From a virus (Duplodnaviria > Caudoviricetes): a DNA stretch of 64,000 bases. Of this stretch, positions 18,217 to 28,099 are shown in pieces. Made by a program: the position numbers and the translations under genes. Where the stretch lies: the IMG/VR virus record IMGVR_UViG_3300029288_000067, positions 64,001 to 128,000 of that record; one strand, 5' to 3'. The notes beneath the pieces were generated by a model. It was not told the origin of the DNA. It worked only from the letters and a program-made list of their open reading frames with translations, and did no database searches. Position 1 is the first letter of the stretch; each line of letters begins with the position of its first letter.

Positions 18217-18477
18217 TTAGGGCTCCCCAGTAAAAGTCCTACTACCCGGGGAAACCTTAAGCTCTTTTGCGTAAATGATTTGTGTGTCATTGAACCTTTT
18301 CACCAATTCTGCAATCTTTACACTCTGCAAAGCATTTTCCGCCCGGATCTCTTTCAACTCTGTTTTGATAATTTGCAGATCTTTGTAGGAGTCCTGGGTG
18401 GTTTGAATAGAAAAGGATATTGTCAATAACAGAGCGATGAAACAGCACATGGTCCAAATTTTATAGAAAGTATTCAT
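18217..18477 (-). CDS. membrane-anchored coiled-coil protein
   Basis: AAGGAG SD; N-terminal TM helix. Confidence 0.6.
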   Translation of the reverse strand: MNTFYKIWTMCCFIALLLTISFSIQTTQDSYKDLQIIKTELKEIRAENALQSVKIAELVKRFNDTQIIYAKELKVSPGSRTFTGEP

Positions 18478-18478
18478 A

Positions 18479-18772
18479 TTATTCTGTCTCCTTTTTGATT
18501 GCCTCATCCATCATACACCAACCTGTAATATACCCCGTCTCAAATTCATTGTCAAATTTCAAATTCTTCTCTGGATAAAATTTCCGATCTTCAACTCCCA
18601 AGGCCCATCCATGCATGAAGTGGGGTGTTAACCAAGACGCTTCCCGAAGTATGTTTCGGGAAGAGAGATGCAAGTCATATTCATCCATCCCAGATTTTGA
18701 TTGAAAGAAGGATGGCATAGCATTCCTTTCTATTTCAGCCCATCGATCTACAATATTTTTTGCGGTATTCAT
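18479..18772 (-). CDS. hypothetical protein
   Basis: GGGGTG SD. Confidence 0.6.
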   Translation of the reverse strand: MNTAKNIVDRWAEIERNAMPSFFQSKSGMDEYDLHLSSRNILREASWLTPHFMHGWALGVEDRKFYPEKNLKFDNEFETGYITGWCMMDEAIKKETE

Positions 18773-18776
18773 TGTA

Positions 18777-19013
18777 TCACCCCGGAAAAGCATCATAATC
18801 TTTTACAAAGGACTCTCCAAGACATTTTGGGCAGGAAAAAGATTGACTCCTACGCATTGTTGTAGATGGTTTAAAAACTTCATCACAATGGGGACAAGTA
18901 ATAGCCCACACATTTGTCCGTTGATCCCAAGATAACCCGATCCATTTTACCTGAGTAGCTTCTTTAGGATCGAGATGCGAATTCAATTGTCTTTTTGTCA
19001 TATGTTTCCCCAT
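18777..19013 (-). CDS. Zn-ribbon protein
   Basis: CPHC...CPKC. Confidence 0.6.
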   Translation of the reverse strand: MGKHMTKRQLNSHLDPKEATQVKWIGLSWDQRTNVWAITCPHCDEVFKPSTTMRRSQSFSCPKCLGESFVKDYDAFPG

Positions 19014-19026
19014 TATTCAACATATA

Positions 19027-19290
19027 TTATTCCATTTGATCGATTTGTGCAGAGGTGAATCGGGAGGTCAAAGGCAAAGTCCGAACAATTTTATTTTCGG
19101 TGTAAGAATGAGATATACTGGATTGATTGTCCCCGGTATAAAAGCAAACAAACCACTCCCCCTCAACATTCTGCCCTCTTCCATAGATTTCAATAATATC
19201 TTCCCACACCCCATATGGGTTGAGTGCTTTGTCCCCAACCTTCAAATTTTGGATTTGTTCCGCAGTAGGTTTAAAAATTTCAAGGTTCAT
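19027..19290 (-). CDS. hypothetical protein
   Basis: First ORF after the promoter at 19321. Confidence 0.65.
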   Translation of the reverse strand: MNLEIFKPTAEQIQNLKVGDKALNPYGVWEDIIEIYGRGQNVEGEWFVCFYTGDNQSSISHSYTENKIVRTLPLTSRFTSAQIDQME

Positions 19291-19320
19291 TGTCGCCCCC
19301 GGTATTTAAATTTCAAAGAT

Positions 19321-19349
19321 ATATTACCGGGAGACAAACAAAACTTCAA
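19321..19349 (-). promoter_or_regulatory. repeated early promoter TTGAAG-N17-TAATAT
   Basis: Motif match. Confidence 0.85.
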
Positions 19350-19352
19350 GAA

Positions 19353-20465
19353 TTAAATTTGTACACCCACTTGCCGAAGTGTAGTATTTACCTCTTCGGT
19401 AAAATTCCCTTGTGTCATCTCATTGAACAAATCCTTCAAGGATTCATCGGGAGACACGGCTTCTTCTACGTATTGGAGCATAGACCCTGATTGGTGAGAT
19501 GTATTGATTGCAACATTTACTGCCGCAAAAATATCCCCAAGGGATTCTGCAGCAATCAATCCATTGTAAGCATTTTGTACATTTTCTCGGGTTTGCTCAA
19601 TACCCCTCGGCCTCCAATATCCGAACCACAGAGGAAATACAACAGTAGCCCCAATGGATACTAAGAGGGACTGCTTTGCATCTTCGTCATATGTATTTTC
19701 AAAGAAACTCATCAACTCTTCGTATTTCATATTTTCTGCATAATCTCTCCAAAAATTAGGGGTATCAAACTTTTCTTGGAGCATCCGTTCAATTTCTACA
19801 TCAATTTCTTCTTCTGATAACTCTGGTTGAAGGCTGTTTTCTTCTTCAAAACTTTCCGGGTTGGACTTCCAATCACTTTTCAGCATTTCCCTGTCCACTT
19901 CTTTCAAGGAATCAATATCTTCCCCCATGACATCCTTGAAAGCATTTATTGCCCGGGGGTCTTCAAATAATCTTTGAAGAAAATCATTTTGCCAGTTTCG
20001 GCGCATTTGTTGAACATTATATGCTGTGGGGTAAATTCCATTATTCTTGTAACGAACAAACTCATCAAAGAACCCATTCACAACATTTTCAAAAGACCCA
20101 TCTGCAGCATATGCATCATAGATTCTTGCTTGTGCCCATTGTTGGGGATTCATAATAGCATGTCCTCGTAGCCATTTGGAAAAAACCCCTTCAAAAATTT
20201 CCTTCATCTCCAAAGAAACTTCTTGGAAAGTCTCTTGAACTCTTTCCAAAATAACATCTTTTCTTCGTTCCATTCCCGAAAATGGCTTATTTTTTAACAT
20301 CGAATAGGTATATTCCAACCGATAGAAATCTCCCACAAGCATTACAAAATCTCCGGAATACCCAATCCCATAATCCCCATCATGAATATTACCTTGTTCG
20401 GAATTCCGGGTCCAAAGAGTTTCATTGCCTGCGGCAAGAAAACTGTAAGCCATAATCATTCGCAT
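19353..20465 (-). CDS. acidic hypothetical protein with tag-like N-terminus (putative internal virion protein)
   Basis: AAAGGA SD; MRMIMAYSFLAA; C-terminal AINTSHQSGSML. Confidence 0.75.
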   Translation of the reverse strand: MRMIMAYSFLAAGNETLWTRNSEQGNIHDGDYGIGYSGDFVMLVGDFYRLEYTYSMLKNKPFSGMERRKDVILERVQETFQEVSLEMKEIFEGVFSKWLRGHAIMNPQQWAQARIYDAYAADGSFENVVNGFFDEFVRYKNNGIYPTAYNVQQMRRNWQNDFLQRLFEDPRAINAFKDVMGEDIDSLKEVDREMLKSDWKSNPESFEEENSLQPELSEEEIDVEIERMLQEKFDTPNFWRDYAENMKYEELMSFFENTYDEDAKQSLLVSIGATVVFPLWFGYWRPRGIEQTRENVQNAYNGLIAAESLGDIFAAVNVAINTSHQSGSMLQYVEEAVSPDESLKDLFNEMTQGNFTEEVNTTLRQVGVQI

Positions 20466-20517
20466 ATGTGAAAAATCCTTTTTGGAATATACGAAGAAGA
20501 AAATTTTATCACATAAA

Positions 20518-20557
20518 TAAAAATCTCCCCAACACAAGAATGCTGGGGAGATTTTTT
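20518..20557 (-). terminator. intrinsic terminator
   Basis: AAAAATCTCCCCA...TGGGGAGATTTTT. Confidence 0.7.
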
Positions 20558-20562
20558 ACTGT

Positions 20563-21159
20563 TTACAGATCTGCAATTTTTTCGGAAGTTTCCCGCATCA
20601 ACTGCAATGCTTTTTTCACATTGGCCTTGATATTGTGCTTTTCGAGAAAGTCACAAAGAACAACGGAGAAATCCTTGAAAATCTCCGAGGGTCGTAACCG
20701 TGTTGCCGCAATCTGGGGCTGTGCAATTGTTTCCGGGGGAAGAGTTTTTAAACGGGGGATGTTTCGGGAAGAATCCGATTTTACCACCCTCTGAATCACA
20801 ACCTTCTTCTCTTTCTTCGGGAAGTACTTTGTGCTGTAGCACTTTTTGCAAACATTCATGAAGCCATCCGAACTAGCGGATCTCCTGAAAAAATTAGCAC
20901 TTGTGAGAGCCTTTGTGTCTTCGCATTTCGGGCAGAATTTCAACGGGATTTCATGAAAATCCACCGAACCTACATCTTTGAAGTCTGTTTTACTGGGAAC
21001 ACAATCTCGTGTTGAGAGCCACAAATGTTCCATCTTCTTTCTTACTGCGGCAACAGTCCTCCGAAGATTTGTGGACAAAAGAGGGAGGGTCATTGTTGTG
21101 TAGTTTTTCTTCAGAAAAGAAATATCCCTTTCCGTCCACTTTTTACAATGCTTGGTCAT
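20563..21159 (-). CDS. HTH/Myb-like plus Zn-finger DNA-binding protein
   Basis: WTERDISFLKKNY...LRRT..AVRKK; CPKC...CKKC. Confidence 0.6.
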   Translation of the reverse strand: MTKHCKKWTERDISFLKKNYTTMTLPLLSTNLRRTVAAVRKKMEHLWLSTRDCVPSKTDFKDVGSVDFHEIPLKFCPKCEDTKALTSANFFRRSASSDGFMNVCKKCYSTKYFPKKEKKVVIQRVVKSDSSRNIPRLKTLPPETIAQPQIAATRLRPSEIFKDFSVVLCDFLEKHNIKANVKKALQLMRETSEKIADL

Positions 21160-21222
21160 AAATTCTCCTGTATTTTAATTATTTTACGGGCAACAAATGA
21201 TATCACTTCTCAAACGAAATTG

Positions 21223-21666
21223 TCAAATCTGGTAGTGAAAATCCTCAAAATAAAATTCTACATGCCCTTCCGGTAAGTTGTATACCCCTTTTATTGCCTC
21301 CTGTACCTCCATATTTTTCTTCAATTTCTTCGGTAAATAAACCCGAAATATATTTTTGTTGGGATCAGCAAAGAAAACAATACGTCCTCGGGGAATTTCT
21401 TCATACTCGAAATGTTTCCACTTTGGGTTTTCTCTTTTTATTTCTTTCCATTCAGAATAATGGTCCCCGGAATAAATCTTATTTCCATCCCACGTTTCTG
21501 CCTTGTTGAGCGGAATACTCTTTCCCCAAATCTTTTTTGTAGGGTTATTCACATCCACCCAAAAAATACCCACCTCTGGGATAGATGCGGTTTTGCTCTT
21601 ATCCTGGAAAAAAGCACACATGTTTCTAATATGCACTTCTCTTGTTAAAGCAGAATACTTTTTCAT
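21223..21666 (-). CDS. tagged hypothetical protein (leaderless start)
   Basis: MKKYSAL; VGIFW, H..W, YEEIPRGRIV, DFHY. Confidence 0.75.
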   Translation of the reverse strand: MKKYSALTREVHIRNMCAFFQDKSKTASIPEVGIFWVDVNNPTKKIWGKSIPLNKAETWDGNKIYSGDHYSEWKEIKRENPKWKHFEYEEIPRGRIVFFADPNKNIFRVYLPKKLKKNMEVQEAIKGVYNLPEGHVEFYFEDFHYQI

Positions 21667-21672
21667 ACTCAT

Positions 21673-21701
21673 ATATTACCCTTTAGGGGGTAAAACTTCA
21701 A
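21673..21701 (-). promoter_or_regulatory. repeated early promoter TTGAAG-N17-TAATAT
   Basis: The -35 TGA is the stop of 21698..22312; ATG lies 6 nt downstream of the -10 box. Confidence 0.85.
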
Positions 21702-22312
21702 TATGCTTGTTCATATTCCCTTAAAGCCCCAGGATTCCCAGATTCAATTACACTGTAGGGGACTTCAGTATAATATTTTCCCGTAGAAGAAACTTCAATG
21801 TTAAATGTTTCGGTGTCTGCTTCCTCATTGTAAGCATCCCCCAAACCTCGGGCAATATCCCGCAACTGTTCCGGAGTAAGAGTCCAAGTTTGTACATACT
21901 CTTGTTTTACTCTTACCCACCCCAAATTCTTCAAGCCATACTCCCGTGCATCTACATTTCCAAGGACCAATTCAAACTTGTCTTTATCAAATCCAATTGT
22001 TTCAAGGATGAATTTGTGGATTTGTTCTCTCGTGGGATGCGGGGTCTCAGTATCATTTTTATCCACTTCGCTATCCAAATATTTTTCAATTTCAAACTCA
22101 ATCTTGGTAAAATCGGGATATTCCTCATTTATTCGAGAACCAATCTCCGCATTAACCTCTTCCACAAGCTCTTGCATTACTTGTTGTTGTACCATTGCCT
22201 CATGGTTCATATCCCCGATATCTCCATCGGCGAATACAGCCTGCCCACCCATCAACCAAAACTCCCCTTGCAATTCCGCTTGTCTTTTTAAAGTAGAATA
22301 TCTTTTAATCAT
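21698..22312 (-). CDS. tagged acidic hypothetical protein
   Basis: MIKRYSTLKRQA; GEFW, NHE, GWVRV motifs. Confidence 0.75.
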   Translation of the reverse strand: MIKRYSTLKRQAELQGEFWLMGGQAVFADGDIGDMNHEAMVQQQVMQELVEEVNAEIGSRINEEYPDFTKIEFEIEKYLDSEVDKNDTETPHPTREQIHKFILETIGFDKDKFELVLGNVDAREYGLKNLGWVRVKQEYVQTWTLTPEQLRDIARGLGDAYNEEADTETFNIEVSSTGKYYTEVPYSVIESGNPGALREYEQAY

Positions 22313-23337
22313 TTCATTAAAACCGTAGAATTAATTTTCTTTTTTGTGGGGTCGAATGTCTTGTTGAACACTGATTTTATTTGTGTGGAATAAAAGGGGA
22401 TCCATACCTCATGTCGGGTGGGGTTATATTTTCCACCCACATCTTTTATCCCATCATACCCAAAAGATTTTAAAACATCTGTAACCCAGTCTGGGATACG
22501 TGTCCAGACATAGTTGGTACCATTCTTAATATCTTCTTCCAAAGTTTGGAGCCAATCTTTCCCACTTATTGTATTCTTATCCCAAAAGTCTGGGTTTCCA
22601 CCTTTGGGTGGTTTAGAACGTTGTTTCATCCCCTTTTTATGTAAAGCTTCTAAGATTATTTTTGGTATATTTGATGTATCCAAAGGATTTTGAATGCTTA
22701 GATAAACAGAGTAAACTGCCGGATAATTTGCATTGGGGTCATCATATCTTACCTTTGACATGTTTATACCCGTTGCTTTTAAAACATCTAAAAAAGTTCT
22801 CTCATCATTAAAAAGAGCCCCGGAAGACAACCAAATCTCCACAAGGGCATGAAGAGCATTTCCCCCACTTTCTTGTAGATGATGATCAATAGAATCTTTT
22901 CCAAAAATACTTGTTGAATTTGGGATAATATTTCCGGAGCCTTCCTCCGGATTTTCATATCCAACCGTATATAAAAGATTTACAACAGAGTTTTTTTCTT
23001 GTGGGGACAAAAAATACCATGCTCTATCTATAGGAACTTCTGAACGTCCTACTATATATTTAAACCATCCGGCATATCCCTCGGGATGATCCAAACTTGT
23101 ATCTTTTTTACCTTGTGCATATCCACTAGCAATTTCAGGATTATCAGTAAAAAAAGCCATCGGACCAGAAGTAGCTCTATTTGGATTAAAATAATCCTTA
23201 ATTCTATCCGGACGACCTGCGCCATGGTAAACCACTTTAGGTCTCCCTTGTGCATCCACCACTTTAGAGTTACCAAACCAAGCATTAAAAGAAGGGTTAT
23301 TAAAAATATTGGCTAACTCAGAGTATCTCTTGATCAT
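22309..23337 (-). CDS. tagged ADP-ribosyltransferase-like (ART-PolyVal-type) protein
   Basis: FNAWFGNSKVVDAQGRPKVVYHG, FFTDNPEIASGYA, VYLSIQNPLD, GYDGI, QIKS. Confidence 0.7.
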   Translation of the reverse strand: MIKRYSELANIFNNPSFNAWFGNSKVVDAQGRPKVVYHGAGRPDRIKDYFNPNRATSGPMAFFTDNPEIASGYAQGKKDTSLDHPEGYAGWFKYIVGRSEVPIDRAWYFLSPQEKNSVVNLLYTVGYENPEEGSGNIIPNSTSIFGKDSIDHHLQESGGNALHALVEIWLSSGALFNDERTFLDVLKATGINMSKVRYDDPNANYPAVYSVYLSIQNPLDTSNIPKIILEALHKKGMKQRSKPPKGGNPDFWDKNTISGKDWLQTLEEDIKNGTNYVWTRIPDWVTDVLKSFGYDGIKDVGGKYNPTRHEVWIPFYSTQIKSVFNKTFDPTKKKINSTVLMK

Positions 23338-25283
23338 TTCATCTTGATCCTTTTAATTCTGGATTGGCGATTTTCGTAAGCATCCTTTGCAGCATCTATC
23401 AACATCTCATCGGTAAGTTGTTCCCGAGGCTTCGGCTTGTCCGTATGCCAATCTCCCTCGTTGTGTAAAAAGTAATAAATATGATCTGCGAAAACCTTGG
23501 AGGAATGCCAAAGTTCACTTTCATCTGGCGGGATCTTTCCATTATTTTGTCTTTGATACTCTTCTATCGCTCGTGAATCTTCATATTGAAGTTCTTCACC
23601 CGCCCCTACCGGATGCGCCCACCTTCTCCACATTTCAGCAAGTTCCCCTTCGAGGGAATAAAAAGCCCCGGAGTCATCAACATCCATAGGACTATGGAAT
23701 AAATCTTTCACACCGTAGGTATCTTCGGCATCGTCCACCTCGGTCTCCAACTCTTCTTCTCGGGTGTCTGTTTTTTCAAGAATTTGTTCAAGTAGTGCGT
23801 CTAACCGTTCTGCCTCGGTATAATTTTTCCGTTTGTATTCCAGATCAATTTTCCGCATCAAAGCATCGATCTTTGTTTTTTCCTCGGGAGAAATCTTTGC
23901 CTTTTTGCTTGCCATCCGAATATTGTTGATGGAGATGAATTCCCGCATAATATCTTCGGGCATCTCCAAATTGTGGATGTAAGATTTAAAAGCTTCTGCA
24001 TAATCTTCGGAAGGATTGTTTTTTCCGTATTCTGTTGTAGAGTGCGGTGGTTCAATCACCTTATTTTCCCAATTTCTAATAATCCGTTCTTCAAACTCTG
24101 AAACTGTTTCAAAAGATTCCTGATATCTGTCTACTGCAACCTCTTTTCGTCTTTCGGAAATAGAAGGATCATCTTTTAATTCTACGGGGATTCTTAAATT
24201 CTTTGCTGCCCAAGACAAGCCCCCAAAAGAATCTTTTTCAAGCAGATAATCGTTCACAAAGGCTTTCCCAACCTCCTCCATAGTAACAAGATCTAATTTC
24301 ATCAGATCTACCCAGTATCGAGCCATGAATTCAAGGGTTTTGTAACGATTTGATTCAGAGTGATAAACTCGATAATCAAATTTTTTGTAATCAAACAAAT
24401 CCCAAGCAACAAATTTGTTTCCATTCATGTCTATCTTTTCCGGGGCGCAAGAAGCCATCAAATCCAACAAACCTGAGATTTCCTTCCGAGTTAAAAATTT
24501 TCCCCGGTCTTTGAAATGAGATTGCCACCGCTGCCTTTGTGAAATAGACAGGATTTTGTAGTAATGCCGATGTGCCAATTCATGGGTAAGGATTTTAAAG
24601 TTGCGTAAATTCTCTGCGGTAATAACTACCCGGTCATTCTGAATATCAAAGTGTGCCGCAGCTTCCACATTTTTGTATTGATCCTGCCGCATATCCAAAA
24701 CGGTCCCAGACATTTTTGAACCAACCATTACGAGAGGCCCGTACAAAACACTCCCAAATCCCATTTTTCGGATTTTATCCATAACAGGATTTAATCTTTT
24801 CAAAAGGTCTTGTAGGATCTCTTCATCCACTCCGGCATTTACAATTGAAAATCCATTCCATTCAAAAGTTTCTCTCTTTATGCCTCGTCCTTCCCCAGGG
24901 GTTTCAACCAATCCATGTTTTCTCAACAATTCCAATGCTTCCGGAGATTTTTGTGCAAGATCCCAGAATTTTTCCCCAGGAGTATTAAAAGGATATTTGA
25001 AAACAATGTCTTGCAGGCCGCGTTTGCTGATGTTCTTGAAAATCCAGTCCAATTTGGAAAATTTATGAGTTCCCACATTTAAAAGCACATTCAACAAAGG
25101 GGGATCTGTTTCGAGGAGGTTTACAAGCTTAACTTCAATCCCATGGGTGAACTTTGTCATCTCTTTGATGAATGTGGAAATGTTGCACCGAATAAGAAAG
25201 TCCATCCTATTTTGATAGGAGTTTACCGAGGAATAATCAACTTCTGCAATTTTTTTAATATTTGAAAATTTAAGAATGGACAT
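23334..25283 (-). CDS. tagged zincin metallopeptidase-domain protein (MPTase/lethal-factor-like)
   Basis: LTHELAH (HEXXH) and TEYGKNNPSEDYAEAF. Confidence 0.7.
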   Translation of the reverse strand: MSILKFSNIKKIAEVDYSSVNSYQNRMDFLIRCNISTFIKEMTKFTHGIEVKLVNLLETDPPLLNVLLNVGTHKFSKLDWIFKNISKRGLQDIVFKYPFNTPGEKFWDLAQKSPEALELLRKHGLVETPGEGRGIKRETFEWNGFSIVNAGVDEEILQDLLKRLNPVMDKIRKMGFGSVLYGPLVMVGSKMSGTVLDMRQDQYKNVEAAAHFDIQNDRVVITAENLRNFKILTHELAHRHYYKILSISQRQRWQSHFKDRGKFLTRKEISGLLDLMASCAPEKIDMNGNKFVAWDLFDYKKFDYRVYHSESNRYKTLEFMARYWVDLMKLDLVTMEEVGKAFVNDYLLEKDSFGGLSWAAKNLRIPVELKDDPSISERRKEVAVDRYQESFETVSEFEERIIRNWENKVIEPPHSTTEYGKNNPSEDYAEAFKSYIHNLEMPEDIMREFISINNIRMASKKAKISPEEKTKIDALMRKIDLEYKRKNYTEAERLDALLEQILEKTDTREEELETEVDDAEDTYGVKDLFHSPMDVDDSGAFYSLEGELAEMWRRWAHPVGAGEELQYEDSRAIEEYQRQNNGKIPPDESELWHSSKVFADHIYYFLHNEGDWHTDKPKPREQLTDEMLIDAAKDAYENRQSRIKRIKMK

Positions 25284-25332
25284 AAGAATACTCCAGAGGG
25301 TTTCTCCTTATGCCCATTCTATCATCAACTAA

Positions 25333-26718
25333 TTATTTACGCTGCAACCAATTCTGCTTTTCCACCCAATTAAAAGCTTCTTCGAGATTTCCGAATTCCC
25401 CGTCAAGTTGTGCCTGCATTGCCTTCTTGAGTAGCATCCCCATATCCTTCCCGGGAGTCATTTTGAATACTTCAATGAGATGCCGACCCATAAGGATTGG
25501 GGTTGGAGGCCCGGAAACAATTTGCATATCCTTGGACATCTCAACAATCTTCTTTGCGATATCTGGGAGCCCCCCGGGGAGTGGTGGTCTGCCGGAATGA
25601 TCTGCCTCCACAACACGAGCCCATTCCTGCACATTCGTAACATTTCCAAGCTTGGATGCAAACCGGCGAACAACCTTATCCGCAATATTGTCCTGCACAA
25701 AGACATGGAACATATGCGTTGTGACCAGCATTACAATCCGGTCAACAAACTTTTGAGGACACCCGATTCGAGCCAAAAAACTACGAGTAGGGGCTTCACC
25801 CTCAACATCATGCCCATACGTTGTAATTTTCCCATCCCGAACCTTTGTTGTTGTTGCCTTCCCAAAGTCGTGGCAAAGAGTAGCGAGAACCAGCACAAGA
25901 CGCTCTTCAGTATCAAGGTTATCCCGGTTGGCAATCGCAACAGCCGCATCAACACAATGCATCGTATGGAATAGGGCTTCCCCCTCGGGGTGGTGCCGAT
26001 GTTCTTGTTCCAGTCCTTGAAGAACACTCAGTTCCGGGAACAATTCCAGCCAACCACTTTCAATAAGTGCAATGATTCCCTTGGAAGGTCTCTCAGATTT
26101 TGTTGCCCACTTTTCCCATTCTACCCAAACTCTTTCCACAGGGAGGGTATGAAATTCATTCTTGAGGGTTTTACAAAATTCGGCGGTTTCTTTTGCAAGA
26201 ACCATATCGAAACGACCTGCAAATTGCATTGACCGGAGAACTCTAAGAGGATCTTCGGCAAAATGCACGGAGGTATGCCGAAGAATTCCGGCAATTGCAT
26301 CCTCTTTCCCCCCGAAGAAGTCAACAACTTCCCCCGTGAAGGGATTCATCAACATTGTATTGATTGTAAAATCCCGGCGAGAAGCAGCTTCTTCTGGGGT
26401 CATGTTTGCATCGGGTGTGACAATAAAACCCTTGTGCCCTTGCCCTTCTTTACTTTCCCGACGTGGAAGAGAGAAATCAATATCATCCCCACGATATCGG
26501 AGCTTAAGAACCCCGAAAGATTTTCCTACCTCCTCCACAGAACCAAAGGGAGAAAGGACTTCCTTCAATTCTTCCACGGGCATGTTGTAAACTTCAATAT
26601 CAAAATCTTTGCTATCTTTTCCAAGAAAAGAATCCCGAACAAAACCACCAACAACCCGGGGCATTCCCCCCTTATTGCAGATAGCAGATAGAATGTTTTG
26701 GATATCAAAAATTTTCAT
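25333..26718 (-). CDS. cca: tRNA nucleotidyltransferase (CCA-adding) with HD domain
   Basis: VGGFVRD, DFDIE, RRDFTIN, EDPLRVLR, ERVW.E, HHPEG, LCHDFGK. Confidence 0.9.
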   Translation of the reverse strand: MKIFDIQNILSAICNKGGMPRVVGGFVRDSFLGKDSKDFDIEVYNMPVEELKEVLSPFGSVEEVGKSFGVLKLRYRGDDIDFSLPRRESKEGQGHKGFIVTPDANMTPEEAASRRDFTINTMLMNPFTGEVVDFFGGKEDAIAGILRHTSVHFAEDPLRVLRSMQFAGRFDMVLAKETAEFCKTLKNEFHTLPVERVWVEWEKWATKSERPSKGIIALIESGWLELFPELSVLQGLEQEHRHHPEGEALFHTMHCVDAAVAIANRDNLDTEERLVLVLATLCHDFGKATTTKVRDGKITTYGHDVEGEAPTRSFLARIGCPQKFVDRIVMLVTTHMFHVFVQDNIADKVVRRFASKLGNVTNVQEWARVVEADHSGRPPLPGGLPDIAKKIVEMSKDMQIVSGPPTPILMGRHLIEVFKMTPGKDMGMLLKKAMQAQLDGEFGNLEEAFNWVEKQNWLQRK

Positions 26719-26726
26719 ATTTCCTC

Positions 26727-26990
26727 CTATTTCCTCATTTCGGCCCGAATCTCATCGAGGGTGAGAACCGGGATATTGTTGAACAACTCAAAAGCTTTGG
26801 TGGCATCATAGGTGTATCCAAGGTACTGCCAAAGGGTGTAGAGGAGGAAAGCTTTCTTATCATTCCCACCCACCACAACCTTCATCTTAACACCCTGATC
26901 ATCAATAGACTGAGTAGCAAAAGTATCAACAACTTCCCGGGCAAACTGATGCTTCATACCATGGATCCGGAAAATCTTGGAAGTTTTCAT
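26727..26990 (-). CDS. hypothetical protein
   Basis: First ORF after the promoter at 27023. Confidence 0.65.
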   Translation of the reverse strand: MKTSKIFRIHGMKHQFAREVVDTFATQSIDDQGVKMKVVVGGNDKKAFLLYTLWQYLGYTYDATKAFELFNNIPVLTLDEIRAEMRK

Positions 26991-27022
26991 ATTTACCCCC
27001 GTTTTGTTTTTCTTACAAGGGT

Positions 27023-27051
27023 ATATTACCGCAAGGGGGGCAAAACTTCAA
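27023..27051 (-). promoter_or_regulatory. repeated early promoter TTGAAG-N17-TAATAT
   Basis: The -35 TGA is the stop of 27048..27539. Confidence 0.85.
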
Positions 27052-27539
27052 ACAGAATACACATTATGTAAGTCTATTTTCAATTTTCCGGAGTTGCATA
27101 GGATTGTTTTCGTGGGCACAGTATCATCGATCAAAATAAAATGCCCCACCAAACGCTTATTTCGAGCGAACCATTCAAAAACTCTTTCTTTTGTTGCCAA
27201 CATGTTGAAATTAAATAGCTCCTCCGGGGTAACCTCCCCTAAAACACTCTTCAAAAATTCCAATCTTTGCTCCCGAACATCGAAGGCTTGTAATTTTAAT
27301 TCCCTCCCGAATCTTTTCTTGAACCAGTTTGCAATCATTGGAAATCTCTGTAAATCCCCCGGGGTCCAAAAAGCCCAACTGAAGGTAATAATATGATCTG
27401 GGTATTCACGTAGGATAAATTTCTCAATTCGTGCAACATTCTCCTCCAAAACAATTCCAGTTTCGATGTCATCAATGATCGTTCCTTCAAGATCCAAAAA
27501 CAACCATTTATCCCCAGTATTCATATTATCCTCCATCAA
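27048..27539 (-). CDS. HAD-like hydrolase
   Basis: LFLDLEGT, TFSW, K, ILIDD. Confidence 0.65.
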   Translation of the reverse strand: MMEDNMNTGDKWLFLDLEGTIIDDIETGIVLEENVARIEKFILREYPDHIITFSWAFWTPGDLQRFPMIANWFKKRFGRELKLQAFDVREQRLEFLKSVLGEVTPEELFNFNMLATKERVFEWFARNKRLVGHFILIDDTVPTKTILCNSGKLKIDLHNVYSV

Positions 27540-27919
27540 AGTTTTTCCGCACCCTCGTATATGTCAATCCCACACAAGTATTCCATACCGGAAGAACCCC
27601 CAATTGTATAATTGCACACAATTTGTTGGGAAACTGAATATTTGCCGAAAGCCCAAGAACCAACATCGATCCTATCGGATTTCCCATCATTTCTGTGAAA
27701 ATACACAAAATGGTAAGTGGTAGTGCTATAATGTGTGTATCCATCTTCATCCGTGGTTGTACTTGTTTCTACTTTCACAACCTTATCGGACACCACAGCA
27801 AGGATAAGTTTTGTGGTCCCCGTGCAGCGGTCGTATACGGTATAGACCACAAGACCAATAACAAGAATGACAAAAATCACAACAAGGATATTGGGTTCAT
27901 TACTTTTGTGATAATACAT
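27536..27919 (-). CDS. membrane-anchored protein
   Basis: GGAGG SD; N-terminal TM helix. Confidence 0.7.
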   Translation of the reverse strand: MYYHKSNEPNILVVIFVILVIGLVVYTVYDRCTGTTKLILAVVSDKVVKVETSTTTDEDGYTHYSTTTYHFVYFHRNDGKSDRIDVGSWAFGKYSVSQQIVCNYTIGGSSGMEYLCGIDIYEGAEKL

Positions 27920-27951
27920 ATTTGCCCTCCGATATTTATTTCCGCAAAGAT

Positions 27952-27980
27952 ATATTACCCGAAGATATTTAAAAATTCAA
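27952..27980 (-). promoter_or_regulatory. repeated early promoter TTGAAT-N17-TAATAT
   Basis: Motif match. Confidence 0.8.
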
Positions 27981-28099
27981 GGGTGGCACATGAAATGCAA
28001 ACAAGGGAGTAATTAAAAAAGGATGTGCAAGAATGTCACAAAATAACTTAATTGTTCTGTGGTTTGTTCGAGATTGCTTGAAAAGTATTCAAAGCCTGT

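Noticed and set aside
16782-20517. TTTATCACATAAA at about 16782 and 20505 as a late-promoter or operator motif
   Set aside because: Only two copies, in opposite orientation relative to their genes, and both can be explained as parts of RNA hairpins.
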